From an uncultured Bacillota bacterium (GTDB lineage Bacteria > Sysuimicrobiota > Sysuimicrobiia > Sysuimicrobiales > Segetimicrobiaceae): a stretch of DNA of 49,695 nt. The stretch is from NCBI GenBank assembly GCA_963804645.1, contig CAWDRG010000021.1, positions 1 to 49,695 of the forward strand, in the 5' to 3' direction. The notes under the pieces are model-generated. The model ran no database searches and was not told where the DNA came from. It saw only the letters and a program-made list of their open reading frames with translations. Below, piece after piece: positions 40,291 to 49,695 of the stretch (the first letter of the stretch is position 1; each line of letters opens with the position of its first letter). A program made the position numbers and the translations under genes.

Positions 40291-41793
40291 TCAGGGAAGC
40301 GGCGCGCGGTCGCGCCTGAGGCGCTTCAGGAGCAGACGCCGGTCGCCGTCCGCGAGTGCCGCGATCGGGAACGCGACGGTCGCGCGCTCCACAAACCCCG
40401 GGAACGCGCGCGCGAAGGTTCCGCGCCACAAGAGCACCGCCTGGACGTCTGAGTCCGACAGCGCGGCGTCGAGCCGTTCCTCCTCTAGCGCGCGGGCCGC
40501 AATTCGTGCTGCTGAGGTGTCGATCAGCTCGGGGGGCACGCGTCGGCCCGCGAGAAACGGGACGAGGGGATCGTCGGTCAGCACGTCGCCGCGCGGGGAC
40601 ACGCGCCGCGCGAGCACATCCGCGGCGCGGCGCAGGGCCGCGGAGTGGTCCGGTTGGAGACCGTCGGGCACGCCCGCGGCGAGGTACGCCGCGACGCACA
40701 GCAGGGCGACCGCGGCCGGGACGGTCCGGGTCGAGCGGCTCGCGGCCGTGATCGCGGCGTCAGTGCCGGTGCCGGCCAGGAGCGCGAGCGGGGACAGCAG
40801 CAGGACGAGATGGTGCGGCCACAGCGGTGTGATCGCCGCGAGCGCCGCCGTCTCGGCGAGGAGCCATGTGATCGGGATCCACCACGCCCAGATCGGACGC
40901 GGCGGCACTCGGTCTGGGCCCGGCGCCGCGCCGCCCCGCGCGGTCCATACCCCGAGCGCCGCGGCGGCGGTCAGCGGCCAGGACGCGGCAAGAAAGCGGG
41001 ACACGGCGATGAGGTGCGGGAGCGGCGCGGATCCGATCGCGCGCGCGGCGTCGAGGTGGAAGCGTACGGTGTCCGCGATGAATCGCGGTGAGGCGATCGC
41101 GGGCAGGAAGGGGAGGGCGGCCGCAGCCGCGCCGAGCGCGAGCGCGGCGGCGGTGATCCACGGCGCTCGCGGCGCCCGAGCCGGCCCGGCGGCAGCGGCG
41201 TGCCCGGCCGCGGCGAGGCATGCCACCGGCACGACGGTGACGAGCGCCGTGAACTTGGTGAGCGCGGCGAGTCCGAGCGCCGCGCCCGCGAGCACCCAGA
41301 AGACCGTCCTGCCGCGGCACGCGACCAGGGCAGCAGCCACCGCGGCGGCCGCCAGCGCCTCGCTCGGCACATCCATCTGGACGGTGTGCGCGCCGGTCGC
41401 GAACGCGGTGTTGCCCGCAGCGGCGCAGGCGGCCAGCACGCCCGCGCGCGGACGCCCGGCCGCAGCGAGGATGGCGAACAGCGCAGTGAGCCAGAGCAGC
41501 GAGGCGAGGAGCGGGACCGCGCGCGCCGCCGCGAGCGTCTCTCCGCCGAGGCGGTAGGCCGCGCGCACGGCCGCGATCAGCGCGGGAGGCTGGCTTAGGA
41601 ACACGTCGGCGTAGAGGCGGGCGCCCCGGGCCGCGGCCGCCGCCGTCTCCGCGTAGACGCCCTCGTCGTAGTCGTAGCGCGAGGGGAACGGTGCGGTAGT
41701 GATCTGCCAGGCCTGCCACAGCCCGAACGCGACGGCGACGCACGCCGCGAGCGCGGCCCAGCTGGCGGGGCGGGCGGAGCCCATCGGCGGCAT
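40291..41793 (-). CDS. Glycosyltransferase family 39 (PMT/ArnT-like) integral membrane protein
   Basis: YDYDEGVYAE loop-1 motif after first TM, ~11 TM helices, ~500 aa. Confidence 0.7.
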   Translation of the reverse strand: MPPMGSARPASWAALAACVAVAFGLWQAWQITTAPFPSRYDYDEGVYAETAAAAARGARLYADVFLSQPPALIAAVRAAYRLGGETLAAARAVPLLASLLWLTALFAILAAAGRPRAGVLAACAAAGNTAFATGAHTVQMDVPSEALAAAAVAAALVACRGRTVFWVLAGAALGLAALTKFTALVTVVPVACLAAAGHAAAAGPARAPRAPWITAAALALGAAAAALPFLPAIASPRFIADTVRFHLDAARAIGSAPLPHLIAVSRFLAASWPLTAAAALGVWTARGGAAPGPDRVPPRPIWAWWIPITWLLAETAALAAITPLWPHHLVLLLSPLALLAGTGTDAAITAASRSTRTVPAAVALLCVAAYLAAGVPDGLQPDHSAALRRAADVLARRVSPRGDVLTDDPLVPFLAGRRVPPELIDTSAARIAARALEEERLDAALSDSDVQAVLLWRGTFARAFPGFVERATVAFPIAALADGDRRLLLKRLRRDRAPLP

Positions 41794-41894
41794 TGCGAGC
41801 GTATTCTGGGACCGTGCGGCGCCGCCCTGCGCGGCAGGAGAGCTCGGTCCGCGCGTGCAATCCACCACAGAACAGCTCGGCGAGGTGCGAGACG

Positions 41895-43043
41895 GTGCGG
41901 CGGTGGAGTGTTGTTCTAGCGGTGGGTTTGGTGCTTCTCGCGACCCCGGCCGGGTTTTCCCAGCCTGAGAACCTCGCACCGCTCCTCGGCAAGGTGACGC
42001 CGGCGGTGGCGCTCGTGGTGGCGCAGCAGCGCGGCGGTCAGCCGATCGATACCGGTACGGCGTTCGTCGTTGATTCCGACGGGATCCTGCTCACGGCGCT
42101 CCACGTCGTCGCGCTCGCGGAGCAGATCTCCGTGCGGCTGCCGGACCACCCGCCGCTCGGCGCCGACGTGATCGCGATCGACACGGTGCACGACGCCGCC
42201 GTGCTCCGCGTGCCGAGTCTCGCCCACCCCGGACCCACCCCGCTCGCGCTCGGCGACGCGGCGTCGCTGCAGGCCGGCGCCGGGGTCGTGGTCGTGGGCT
42301 ATCCGCTGGCGCAACTCGATCACCCCACGGTGACGGTCAACCAAGGGATCATCAGCGTGGTGCACACGGACGACGGCTACATTCAGATTGACGCCGCGGT
42401 CAACCCGGGTGACAGCGGCGGTCCGGTGCTGACGCTCGACGGCAAGGTAATTGGAATCGTGGACGCCTCCGTCGAGGGGGCGCAGAACTTCAACCTCGCA
42501 GTCCCGATCGATGTCGGACGGGCGCTCCTCCAGCGGGCCGCGACCGCCCTGGCCACCGCGGCGCCGCTCGCGCTGCCGCTGACCGCGCCGGCGCCCGTGC
42601 CGATCAACTTCGCGAGCCCGGGGATCGGCCCGCACAGCCACCGCGACGTGCTCGGAGCCGTCTGCGTGCCGCCGCCGCCGCACGCGGCACTGCTGAGCGA
42701 CGTGGGCGTGGACGTGTCGGTCGAGGGCGGACTCCGCGTCGTGGTCTGGCTGTCGTGGGACAAGGGCGCCCCGCTCGAGAGTCCGGCGGCGTTTGCCAGC
42801 GTGGACGCGACGACGATGCGCCGCCTGGTCGGCACGCTGCCCCGGCTGGACTCGATGCCGGCGCCGGTGTGCCTCAACTACACCGCCACGAACAACAGCG
42901 GCCTGCCGATCGGCCTGACGTTCAGCGCCACGTACACGCTCGGGTATCGGGCGTTTCGCCCGTCGGCGATTACCGGGAGCCGAGTGGTGGGCTGGCCGGA
43001 GCTGCTTGGGCGGTTGACAGATGTCCACGGAGGGGTACACTAG
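41895..43043 (+). CDS. Secreted trypsin-like (S1/HtrA-like) serine protease
   Basis: Signal peptide RRWSVVLAVGLVLLATPAGFS; catalytic triad context TALHVV (His), DAAVLRV (Asp), GDSGGPV (Ser); GTG start after GAGGTG. Confidence 0.7.
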   Translation: MRRWSVVLAVGLVLLATPAGFSQPENLAPLLGKVTPAVALVVAQQRGGQPIDTGTAFVVDSDGILLTALHVVALAEQISVRLPDHPPLGADVIAIDTVHDAAVLRVPSLAHPGPTPLALGDAASLQAGAGVVVVGYPLAQLDHPTVTVNQGIISVVHTDDGYIQIDAAVNPGDSGGPVLTLDGKVIGIVDASVEGAQNFNLAVPIDVGRALLQRAATALATAAPLALPLTAPAPVPINFASPGIGPHSHRDVLGAVCVPPPPHAALLSDVGVDVSVEGGLRVVVWLSWDKGAPLESPAAFASVDATTMRRLVGTLPRLDSMPAPVCLNYTATNNSGLPIGLTFSATYTLGYRAFRPSAITGSRVVGWPELLGRLTDVHGGVH

Positions 43044-43300
43044 AGGTGACGACGGGCCGAGCGGTATCGGCCACGACCCTGAGAAGGGAGGCGGATATGC
43101 GACGAGCACCCCGCCTGTCGCGTCGCAACACGGGTGAGCCGGGGGAGACGCCCCCGAAGCAGTAACGGGGCGGCGGCCGGACGGATCCACCGCCGCTCCA
43201 CGGGAACCCTCGGCGGTCCGCCGATCTGAGGATGCGTCCTCACGCGGCGAACCTGGGTTCGCGGGGACCAGCCGAGGTCTGAACGACGAGAACGGTTCGG

Positions 43301-43331
43301 AGCGGGGGTGCGCGTTGCGCGCACCCCCGCT
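43301..43331 (+). other. Perfect 14-bp-stem GC hairpin (AGCGGGGGTGCGCG-TTG-CGCGCACCCCCGCT) in the intergenic region upstream of the third NRAMP-like gene
   Basis: Exact inverted repeat seen in sequence; function unknown. Confidence 0.4.
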
Positions 43332-43357
43332 GTGTTGGACCGGCGGGCCCGGGCGCG

Positions 43358-44662
43358 ATGCGGACGCAGGGACGTGCGCGCGCCGACCGGAACCGTACGG
43401 GCGTGGCCACCGCCTCATCCGCCGCGCCCGTTCGCCACCACCGCCGCAGCCTGCGGCAGTTTTTTCAGGTCATGGGACCTGGGGTCGTCTCCGGCGCCGC
43501 GGATAACGATCCGTGCGGCGTGATCAGCTACATTCAGATCGGGGCGACCACCGGATTCAGCCTGCTGTGGCTGTTGTTGCTCTCGACGCCGATCCTCTAC
43601 TACCTTGAGGAGATGTCGACCCGGATCGGCGTGGTCGCCAAGCAGGGGCTCACCCATGTCCTCTGCGCGCGGCACGGCCGCCGCGTCGCCGCGGCCGTGG
43701 TGCTGCCGGTGATCATCTCCAACGTCGTCACGATCGGGGCCGATCTCGTCGGGACCGCCTCCGGCGCCCAGCTCCTCACGGGGATCCCGTGGGAGTGGTG
43801 GATCGTGCCGATCGCGGCAGGGCTCGGCTATACGCTCGCCGCCGCGAACTACCGCACGATCAGCCGGTTTCTCCTGGTGCTCACGCCGCTGTTTCTGCTG
43901 TATGTGCTGGCGGGGATTCTCGTGCACCCCAACTGGGGCGAGGCGCTGCGCGCGACGTTCGTTCCGTCGGTGCAGTTCACGCCGACGTTTTTCACGGCGG
44001 CGCTCGCGCTGATCGGCGCGACGCTGACCCCCTATGTGTTCTTCTGGCAGACCGCCGAGACCGTGGAGGCGCACACCACCATCGCCGAGCTCGCGGACGC
44101 GAATCTCGACGTGGCGGGCGGGATGGTGTACGCGAATCTCGTTTTCTATTTCATCATCGTCACCGCCGCCGCCGTGCTGTTCGGGCACGGCGACGGTCTC
44201 GCGACGGTGGGGGCCGCCGCGGCGGCGCTCCGGCCGGTCGCCGGCGCATGGGCCACGACGCTGTTTGCGGTCGGCATCGTCGTCAGCGGCGTCCTGTCGG
44301 TGCCGGTAATGGCGGCGTGCTCCGCGTACGGCCTGTCGGAGATCTTCGGCTGGCGCGAGGGCCTGAGCCGGACGGTCGGGCAGGCGCACGGCTTTTACGT
44401 CCTGCTCGGCGCATCGCTCCTCGCCGGATCCGCGATCGCGCTGCTGCGGATCCCCCCGGTCGCGCTGATGTTCTGGTCGCAGGTGCTGAACGGCATCGTG
44501 CTCGCGCCGCTGGTCGCGGCCCTGACCCTGCTGTCGAACGATCCGCGCGTCGTGCGCGCTCACCGTAACCGCCCCCTCTCCAACGTGGTCGGGTGGGGGA
44601 CCGTCGCGCTCACGGTCGCGCTCGCCGCGATCACGATCGAGCAGCTCGTTGCCGGCTCCTGA
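43358..44662 (+). CDS. NRAMP-related (SLC11) transporter, second divergent paralogue
   Basis: VMGPGVVSGAADNDPCGVISYIQ (DPCG instead of DPGN); TM6 GATLTPYVFFWQ (TPY instead of MPH). Confidence 0.7.
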   Translation: MRTQGRARADRNRTGVATASSAAPVRHHRRSLRQFFQVMGPGVVSGAADNDPCGVISYIQIGATTGFSLLWLLLLSTPILYYLEEMSTRIGVVAKQGLTHVLCARHGRRVAAAVVLPVIISNVVTIGADLVGTASGAQLLTGIPWEWWIVPIAAGLGYTLAAANYRTISRFLLVLTPLFLLYVLAGILVHPNWGEALRATFVPSVQFTPTFFTAALALIGATLTPYVFFWQTAETVEAHTTIAELADANLDVAGGMVYANLVFYFIIVTAAAVLFGHGDGLATVGAAAAALRPVAGAWATTLFAVGIVVSGVLSVPVMAACSAYGLSEIFGWREGLSRTVGQAHGFYVLLGASLLAGSAIALLRIPPVALMFWSQVLNGIVLAPLVAALTLLSNDPRVVRAHRNRPLSNVVGWGTVALTVALAAITIEQLVAGS

Positions 44663-45884
44663 GCGCCGGGTCCCGCCGGCCTCGGGCGTCCTCGGCGGCG
44701 CCGGGACGGGCTGGCGCGTGCTGGCGGTGGCTACGCTGCAGCAGGCGGGACTGACGTCGGTGCGCTTTGGGCTCCCCATCGTCGCGCCGTTCTGGCGCGG
44801 GCCGCTGCACCTGTCGCTGGGACAGCTCGGCCTCCTGTTCGGGGCGTTCGATCTCGGCGCCATGCTGCTGTTTATCCCGATCGGGGTGTTCTCGGACCGG
44901 TGGGGCGAACGGGCGGTGCTGGCCGGGGGCGCGCTGTTCACCGCGGCGGCGACCGCCGGAGCGGTGCTGACGCGCAGCTTTTGGCCGCTCGCCGCGGTGC
45001 TCGCGGTCGCCGGGCTTGGGTACGGCAGCGGGCAGACCGCCGGCAACAAAGTCGTGGCGCAGGTCTTCCGCACGGAAGGACGCGGCACCGCGATGGGCAT
45101 CCGCCAGTCAGGCCTGCCGCTCGGCGGCCTGCTCGCCGCGGTGGTGATTCCGCCGCTCGCGACCGCGTACGGGTGGCGGGCCGCCGTCGGCGCCGTCGCC
45201 GCGATCTGCGCGGCGTTCGGGGCGCTGTGCTGGGTGGGGCTGCGCGGGACGCCTCGCGAGGAGAGCGTCTCGACCGCGCGGCGCGCGTTCTCGGCCGGGA
45301 TCTGGGAGATCCTGCGCACGCCGGGCGTGTGGCGCGTGACGTGGGTCGCGACCGTGCTCGTCATCGCGCAGTTCTGCTATCAAGATTATCTCGCGCTCTT
45401 CCTCGTGGACCGGTTCGGGTGGAGCCCGCGCGTCGCGGCCGGGATCCTCATCATGGTCAACCTGGGGGGCATCCTGGGACGCCTGGCGTGGGGGGCCGTG
45501 TCCGACCTGCGCTACGGCGGCCGCCGCGTCCCCGCGTTCGTCGCGTGCGTCGGCGCCGGCGCCGTGTTCCCGCTGCTGCTGCTTGGTCTCCGCCCGCCCG
45601 CCGCGTGGCTTGAAGTCGCCGTGATCGCGCTCGTGGGAGGAGCACTGCTGCTTGGGTGGAACGGATTGTACAGCACGTTGGTCACCGAGCTGGCCGGCCA
45701 GGCACGCGGCGCGACGGCGATGGGCGTCAGCATGACGGTGCTGTACGTGGCCACGATCTCGTCGCCGCCGCTGTTCGGGTGGTTGATCGACACGACGTCG
45801 TACGCGGCCGGTTGGAGCGTCCTGATCGGCGTGATGGTGGTGGCGCTGGTGGGCGCGCGCGGCATCCCCGAGCCCCGCCGGTGA
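44649..45884 (+). CDS. MFS transporter
   Basis: 12-TM MFS pattern; GIRQSGLPLGG loop motif. Confidence 0.7.
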   Translation: MPAPERRVPPASGVLGGAGTGWRVLAVATLQQAGLTSVRFGLPIVAPFWRGPLHLSLGQLGLLFGAFDLGAMLLFIPIGVFSDRWGERAVLAGGALFTAAATAGAVLTRSFWPLAAVLAVAGLGYGSGQTAGNKVVAQVFRTEGRGTAMGIRQSGLPLGGLLAAVVIPPLATAYGWRAAVGAVAAICAAFGALCWVGLRGTPREESVSTARRAFSAGIWEILRTPGVWRVTWVATVLVIAQFCYQDYLALFLVDRFGWSPRVAAGILIMVNLGGILGRLAWGAVSDLRYGGRRVPAFVACVGAGAVFPLLLLGLRPPAAWLEVAVIALVGGALLLGWNGLYSTLVTELAGQARGATAMGVSMTVLYVATISSPPLFGWLIDTTSYAAGWSVLIGVMVVALVGARGIPEPRR

Positions 45885-45918
45885 TCCGGCGGGCGCTCCG
45901 GCGGGAGGAGGGCTCCCC

Positions 45919-46946
45919 GTGAAGGCAGTGGTCTATCAAGGACCCGGTCGGCTGGTGCTCGAGGAGCGTGGCGAGCCCGCGCCCGGTCCCGGCGAGGTCG
46001 TCGTGGCGGTGCGCGCCGCGGGCATCTGCGGCAGCGACATTCACGGTGCGTCCGGGCGCACCGGCCGGCGCGCGCCCGGGCTGGTCATGGGCCACGAGAT
46101 CGCCGGCGTCGTCGCCGTCCGCGGGGCGGGGGTCGAGCGGCCACGGCTCGGCGCGCGGGTGGCCGTGTTCCCGATGCTGACCTGCGGGGTGTGTGAGGCA
46201 TGCCGGCGCGGCGCGACGCAGCGCTGCGCGCAGCGGCGGCTGATCGGCGTGGACACGCCCGGCGGCTTCGCGGAGTATGTCGTCGCCCCGGCCGCGAACT
46301 GCGTGCCGCTCGCGCGGGGGACCACGTTTGCCCAGGGCGCGCTCGCCGAGCCGCTCGCGGTCGGCATGCACGCCGCGGCCGTCGCGGGCGTGCGCCGCGG
46401 CGAGACCGTCGCCGTGCTGGGGGCCGGGGCGATCGGGCTCTGCGTGCTGCTCGCGTGCCGGCGGCGGGGCGCCCGGCGTGTGTTTATCACGGACGTCGTC
46501 CCCGAACGGCTCGCGCTCGCCGAGGCGCTCGGCGGGGTGGCCGTGTCCGCGCGCGACGGCGACGTCGTCAGCCGCATCGTCGCCGAGGCGGGTCCGATCC
46601 CACGGATCGTCGACGCGGTCGGGCGCGACGAGACCCTCCGCACGGCGCTCGCGCTCGCCGCAGTGGGCGGCCGCATCGCGCTCGTCGGGGTGGACTCGCC
46701 GCGGGTCGAGCTGCCGCTGCACGAGCTGGTGACGCGCGAGCGCACGCTCGCAGGCGTCTACGCCTATACCGCGCGCGAGTACGGCCGCGCGGTGCGGCTG
46801 ATTAACCGCGCCGCGTGGACGTGACGCCGCTGGCCGGCCGCACGTGCAGGCTCGACGATCTGCCGGAGCTCTTTCCGGGCCTGCAGCGCGGGGAGGTCGC
46901 GGCGCCCCGCGTCGTCGTGGATCTCGGAGGCGGATCCGCGGCATGA
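45919..46946 (+). pseudogene. Zn-dependent alcohol dehydrogenase (MDR family) with 1-bp deletion near 46812
   Basis: GICGSDIH, GHEIAGVV, GAGAIGL Rossmann; after LINR the C-terminus (VDVTPLAGRTCRLDDLPELFPGLQRGEVAAPRVVVDL...*) continues in the -1 frame to TGA 46944..46946. Confidence 0.7.
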
Positions 46947-48579
46947 TCGGCGTCGCGGGGTCCCCGGGCGGGTCGGTCGGCGCCGCATCCGCGGGCCGTG
47001 CCGTCCCCGAGGCGGCGGTCCTGACGGGGATCACCGCGCTCGGCGCGCTGCTCCGCTTCGCGCTGCTCGGGCAGCACAGCCTGTGGTACGACGAGACGTT
47101 CAGCGCGCTCGTCGTGCGCTCGTCGTGGCACGGGTGGTTCCAGCTGATCGCAGCGGACACGCACCCGCCGCTGTACTATCTCTGCTGCGGCTGTGGACGC
47201 TCGCCGCGGGGACCGGGGAAGCGGCGCTCAGGATGCCGTCCGCGGTCTTCGGCACGGCGATGATCCGGTCACGTGGCCCTGGCCCGCCGGGTCGTCCCAG
47301 CGAGGACCGGCCTGCTTGCCGCGCTGTTCGTGGCGGTGGCGCCGATCGGCGTCATGATGAGCCAGGACGCGCGGATGTACGCGCTGCTCGCCCTCCTGGC
47401 ACGTGGTCGACGGTGGCGCTCGACCGCGCCGCCGAGACCGGCCGTCCCTCGGCGTGGGCGGGGTACGCGGTGCTCATCACGCTCCTGGTATACACGCACT
47501 ACCTCGGCCTGCTGATCGTCGCCGCGCACGGCCTGTGGATGATGCTGTACCGCCGGCGACACGCCGCGGCCTGGTGCGCATCGCCGTGGCGGCCGCGCTG
47601 GCCTACGTGCCGTGGCTCCCGTCGCGTACGGCCAGTTCGTGCACCCGCCGTTCCTCGGGTGGTACCCGCAGGCGCTCTACCTGAGCGTCGTCGACTTCCC
47701 CGGCCTGTTCGCCTTCGGAGGATCCTTGCTCGGCGCGGCGACCATCTTCCGCCCGGCCCGCTGCCGGCCCGAGCGGATCGTGGTGCTGGCCCGTTCGCGA
47801 TGTGCTGGCGCGGCGTCGCCGCGCGGCGGGGACCGCGGCGCGCTGGTCGGCCTGCCGCTCGGGGCGGTCTTGGGGTGATGCTCCGGGTCTCGCTCGCCCG
47901 GCCGTAGCCCGTGTTCGTCCCGCGGTGGTTCACATTTCTCTGGCCGTTCAACGCGGTCCTCGCCGCGCAGGGGGTCGCCGACATCGCCGATCACGTCCGC
48001 GCCCGCGGCGGCCGGTCGCGCCTGCGGACTGCGCGCGCTGCTGCTGTCCAGCGTGCCGACGCTGGCGCGTACTACTTCGATCCCTCGGCCCGTGCAGAGC
48101 GGTGGCGGGACGCCGCGGCGTCGCTCGCGCGTCAGGTGCGCCCCGGTGACCTCGTCGTCGATGCGACCCCGGATGCCGCCACGGCACTCGGGTACTGCGT
48201 CACGGATTCGCGCCTCGCCGGGACGCTGCTCCCGGCGGATGCGACCCCCGAGTGGTTCCGGCGCGAGGCCGCGGGCCATCCGACGGTCTGGCTGATCGTG
48301 CGCGCGCAGTCGGAGTCGGCCGGCGAGACGGCGCGGCTCGACGCGCTCGTGAAGGGATTTCAGATCGCGTCCCGGGAGGACGATGGGGGCGCCCGCGTCA
48401 CGAACTGCGGCCCCCGACGCGCTGAACGGACGCGGCGACAGGATCCGTCTCGGCATGCGGGGAAGCTATGGGCATCCAGCCGACCCGCCGGCGCGTCGCC
48501 GGCGGGTCGGTGGGCGGAGGGGGCACGATGGCGACTGGCGGCGACCGCGTGGACTACTTCGGGATCGACGACCTGCTGA
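46943..48579 (+). pseudogene. Second GT39/PMT-like membrane glycosyltransferase, fragmented by at least 5 single-base indels
   Basis: LWYDETFS motif, THPPLYYL|LLRLWTLAAGTGEAAL...; coding sense hops between all three + frames (ORFs 46844, 47083, 47273, 47403, 47612, 47911). Confidence 0.6.
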
Positions 48580-49693
48580 GCGACGACGAGCGGCTGGCGC
48601 GCGACACGATCGCGCGGCTCGTCGACCGCGACGTCATTCCGCGGATCGGCCGGGCATGGCTCGCGGGCGAGTTTCCCAGGGACCTCATCGGCACGCTCGG
48701 GGCGCTGCGGGTCTACGGGGCGAACCTGCCCGAGGAATTCGGCTGCGCGGGGCTCAACAACGTCGCGTACGGGCTGATCATGCAGGAGCTCGAGCGCGGC
48801 GACAGCGGGATCCGGTCGTTCGCGTCGGTGCAGGGGGCGCTCGTCATGTATCCGATCTTTTCGTTCGGATCGGACGAGCAGAAGAAGGCTGGCTGCCGGC
48901 CTCGCGGCCGGGGAGGAGATCGGCTGCTTCGGATTGACGGAGCCCGATTCGGATCGATCCGGCGGGGATGATCACCACGGCGCGCGAGACGCCGACGGCT
49001 GGGTGCTCAACGGCACCAAGATGTGGATCACCAACGGCTCGCAGGCGACGGTCGCGATCGTGGGCCAAGACCGGTGCGGTCGACGAGATCCGCGGCTTCA
49101 TCGTCGACGCGATACGCCGGGCTTCTCGGCCAAGGATCAGAGAAAGCTGTCGCTGAGGGCGTCGGACACCAGCGAGCACGTGCAGGATGTGCGGGTGCCG
49201 AATGATGCGTTGCTCCCCGGCGGTGGGGCTCAAGAGCCCGCTGATGTGCCTGACGCAGGCGCGGTACGGTATCGCATGGGGCGCGGTCGGGGCGGCGATG
49301 GCGTGCTTTGACGAGGCCCGGCGCTACGCGCTCAATCGCGTGATGTTCGCGGCCGATCGCGGGCCACACAGCTGCAGCAGGAGCGCCTGGCCAACATGCT
49401 CACGGAGATCACCAAGGCGCAGCTGCTGTCACTCAGCTCGGCCGGCTCAAGGACCCGGGAACGACGCCGGCGCGAGGTCGCTCGCGAAGCGTAACAACGT
49501 CAACATCGCCTCGAGTTCGCGCGCGAGGCGCGGCGGCTGCTCGGCGCGAACGGGATCCTGGTCGAGTATCACTCGATGCGACATCTCGCCAACCTCGAGA
49601 CGGTGTACACGTATGAGGGGACGCACGACATGCACACGCTGATCCTGGGGCAGGAGATCACGGGCTGGGCGCGTTCGGCGGCGCGACGCCGTA
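48528..49693 (+). pseudogene. Glutaryl-CoA-dehydrogenase-like acyl-CoA dehydrogenase, fragmented by many single-base deletions
   Basis: YGLIMQELERGDSGIRSFASVQGALVMYPIFSFGSDEQKK..., EIGCFGLTEPDS.., GWVLNGTKMWITNGSQATVAIV, WAKTGAVDEIRGFIVD, ...[52 protein letters not shown] in alternating frames. Confidence 0.6.
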
Positions 49694-49695
49694 GC

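Noticed and set aside
40280-41557. 425-aa plus-strand ORF and 410-aa alternative minus-frame ORF over the GT39 gene
   Set aside because: Only the 40291..41793 frame yields a multi-TM protein with the YDYDEGVYAE motif.
43415-45364. 649-aa minus-strand ORF
   Set aside because: Antisense to the NRAMP-like and MFS genes.

Overview
High-GC (~70%) bacterial window, probably Actinomycetota- or Chloroflexota-like; an F420-type PPOX enzyme, two GT39 glycosyltransferases and a DyP-encapsulin locus are present. It reads as an IS-rich accessory region followed by metal-homeostasis, efflux and stress genes. Left end (1..7880): a 2972-bp unit carrying two convergent IS110-family transposase genes occurs as at least two direct tandem copies; copy A is cut by the window start. 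It abuts a head-to-tail dimer of an IS1380-family element with 5-bp TATTA repeats. Further insertion sequences: a second, frameshifted IS1380-family element (15746..17072), an IS5-family element flanked by CTAG (22621..23947), and a 65-bp solo remnant of an IS110 3' end (14676..14741). Core content: three SLC11/NRAMP homologues (one canonical MntH, two with non-canonical metal-site motifs) with a DtxR-family regulator and AT-rich palindromic operator candidates; PPK2; a family-1 encapsulin with DyP peroxidase cargo (DyP targeting peptide displaced out of frame by a G6 run, so the present sequence encodes a DyP-encapsulin fusion); fumC, a family III CoA-transferase, a MerR-MFP-RND-ABC ATPase efflux cluster, CDGSH Fe-S protein, GT39 glycosyltransferase, HtrA-like protease, MFS transporters and a Zn-ADH. 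Single-base indels in short homopolymers interrupt several genes and become very dense at 46.9-49.7 kb (GT39 paralogue, glutaryl-CoA-dehydrogenase-like gene). This looks more like consensus error than biology and limits all pseudogene and fusion calls. No rRNA, tRNA or CRISPR array was found.
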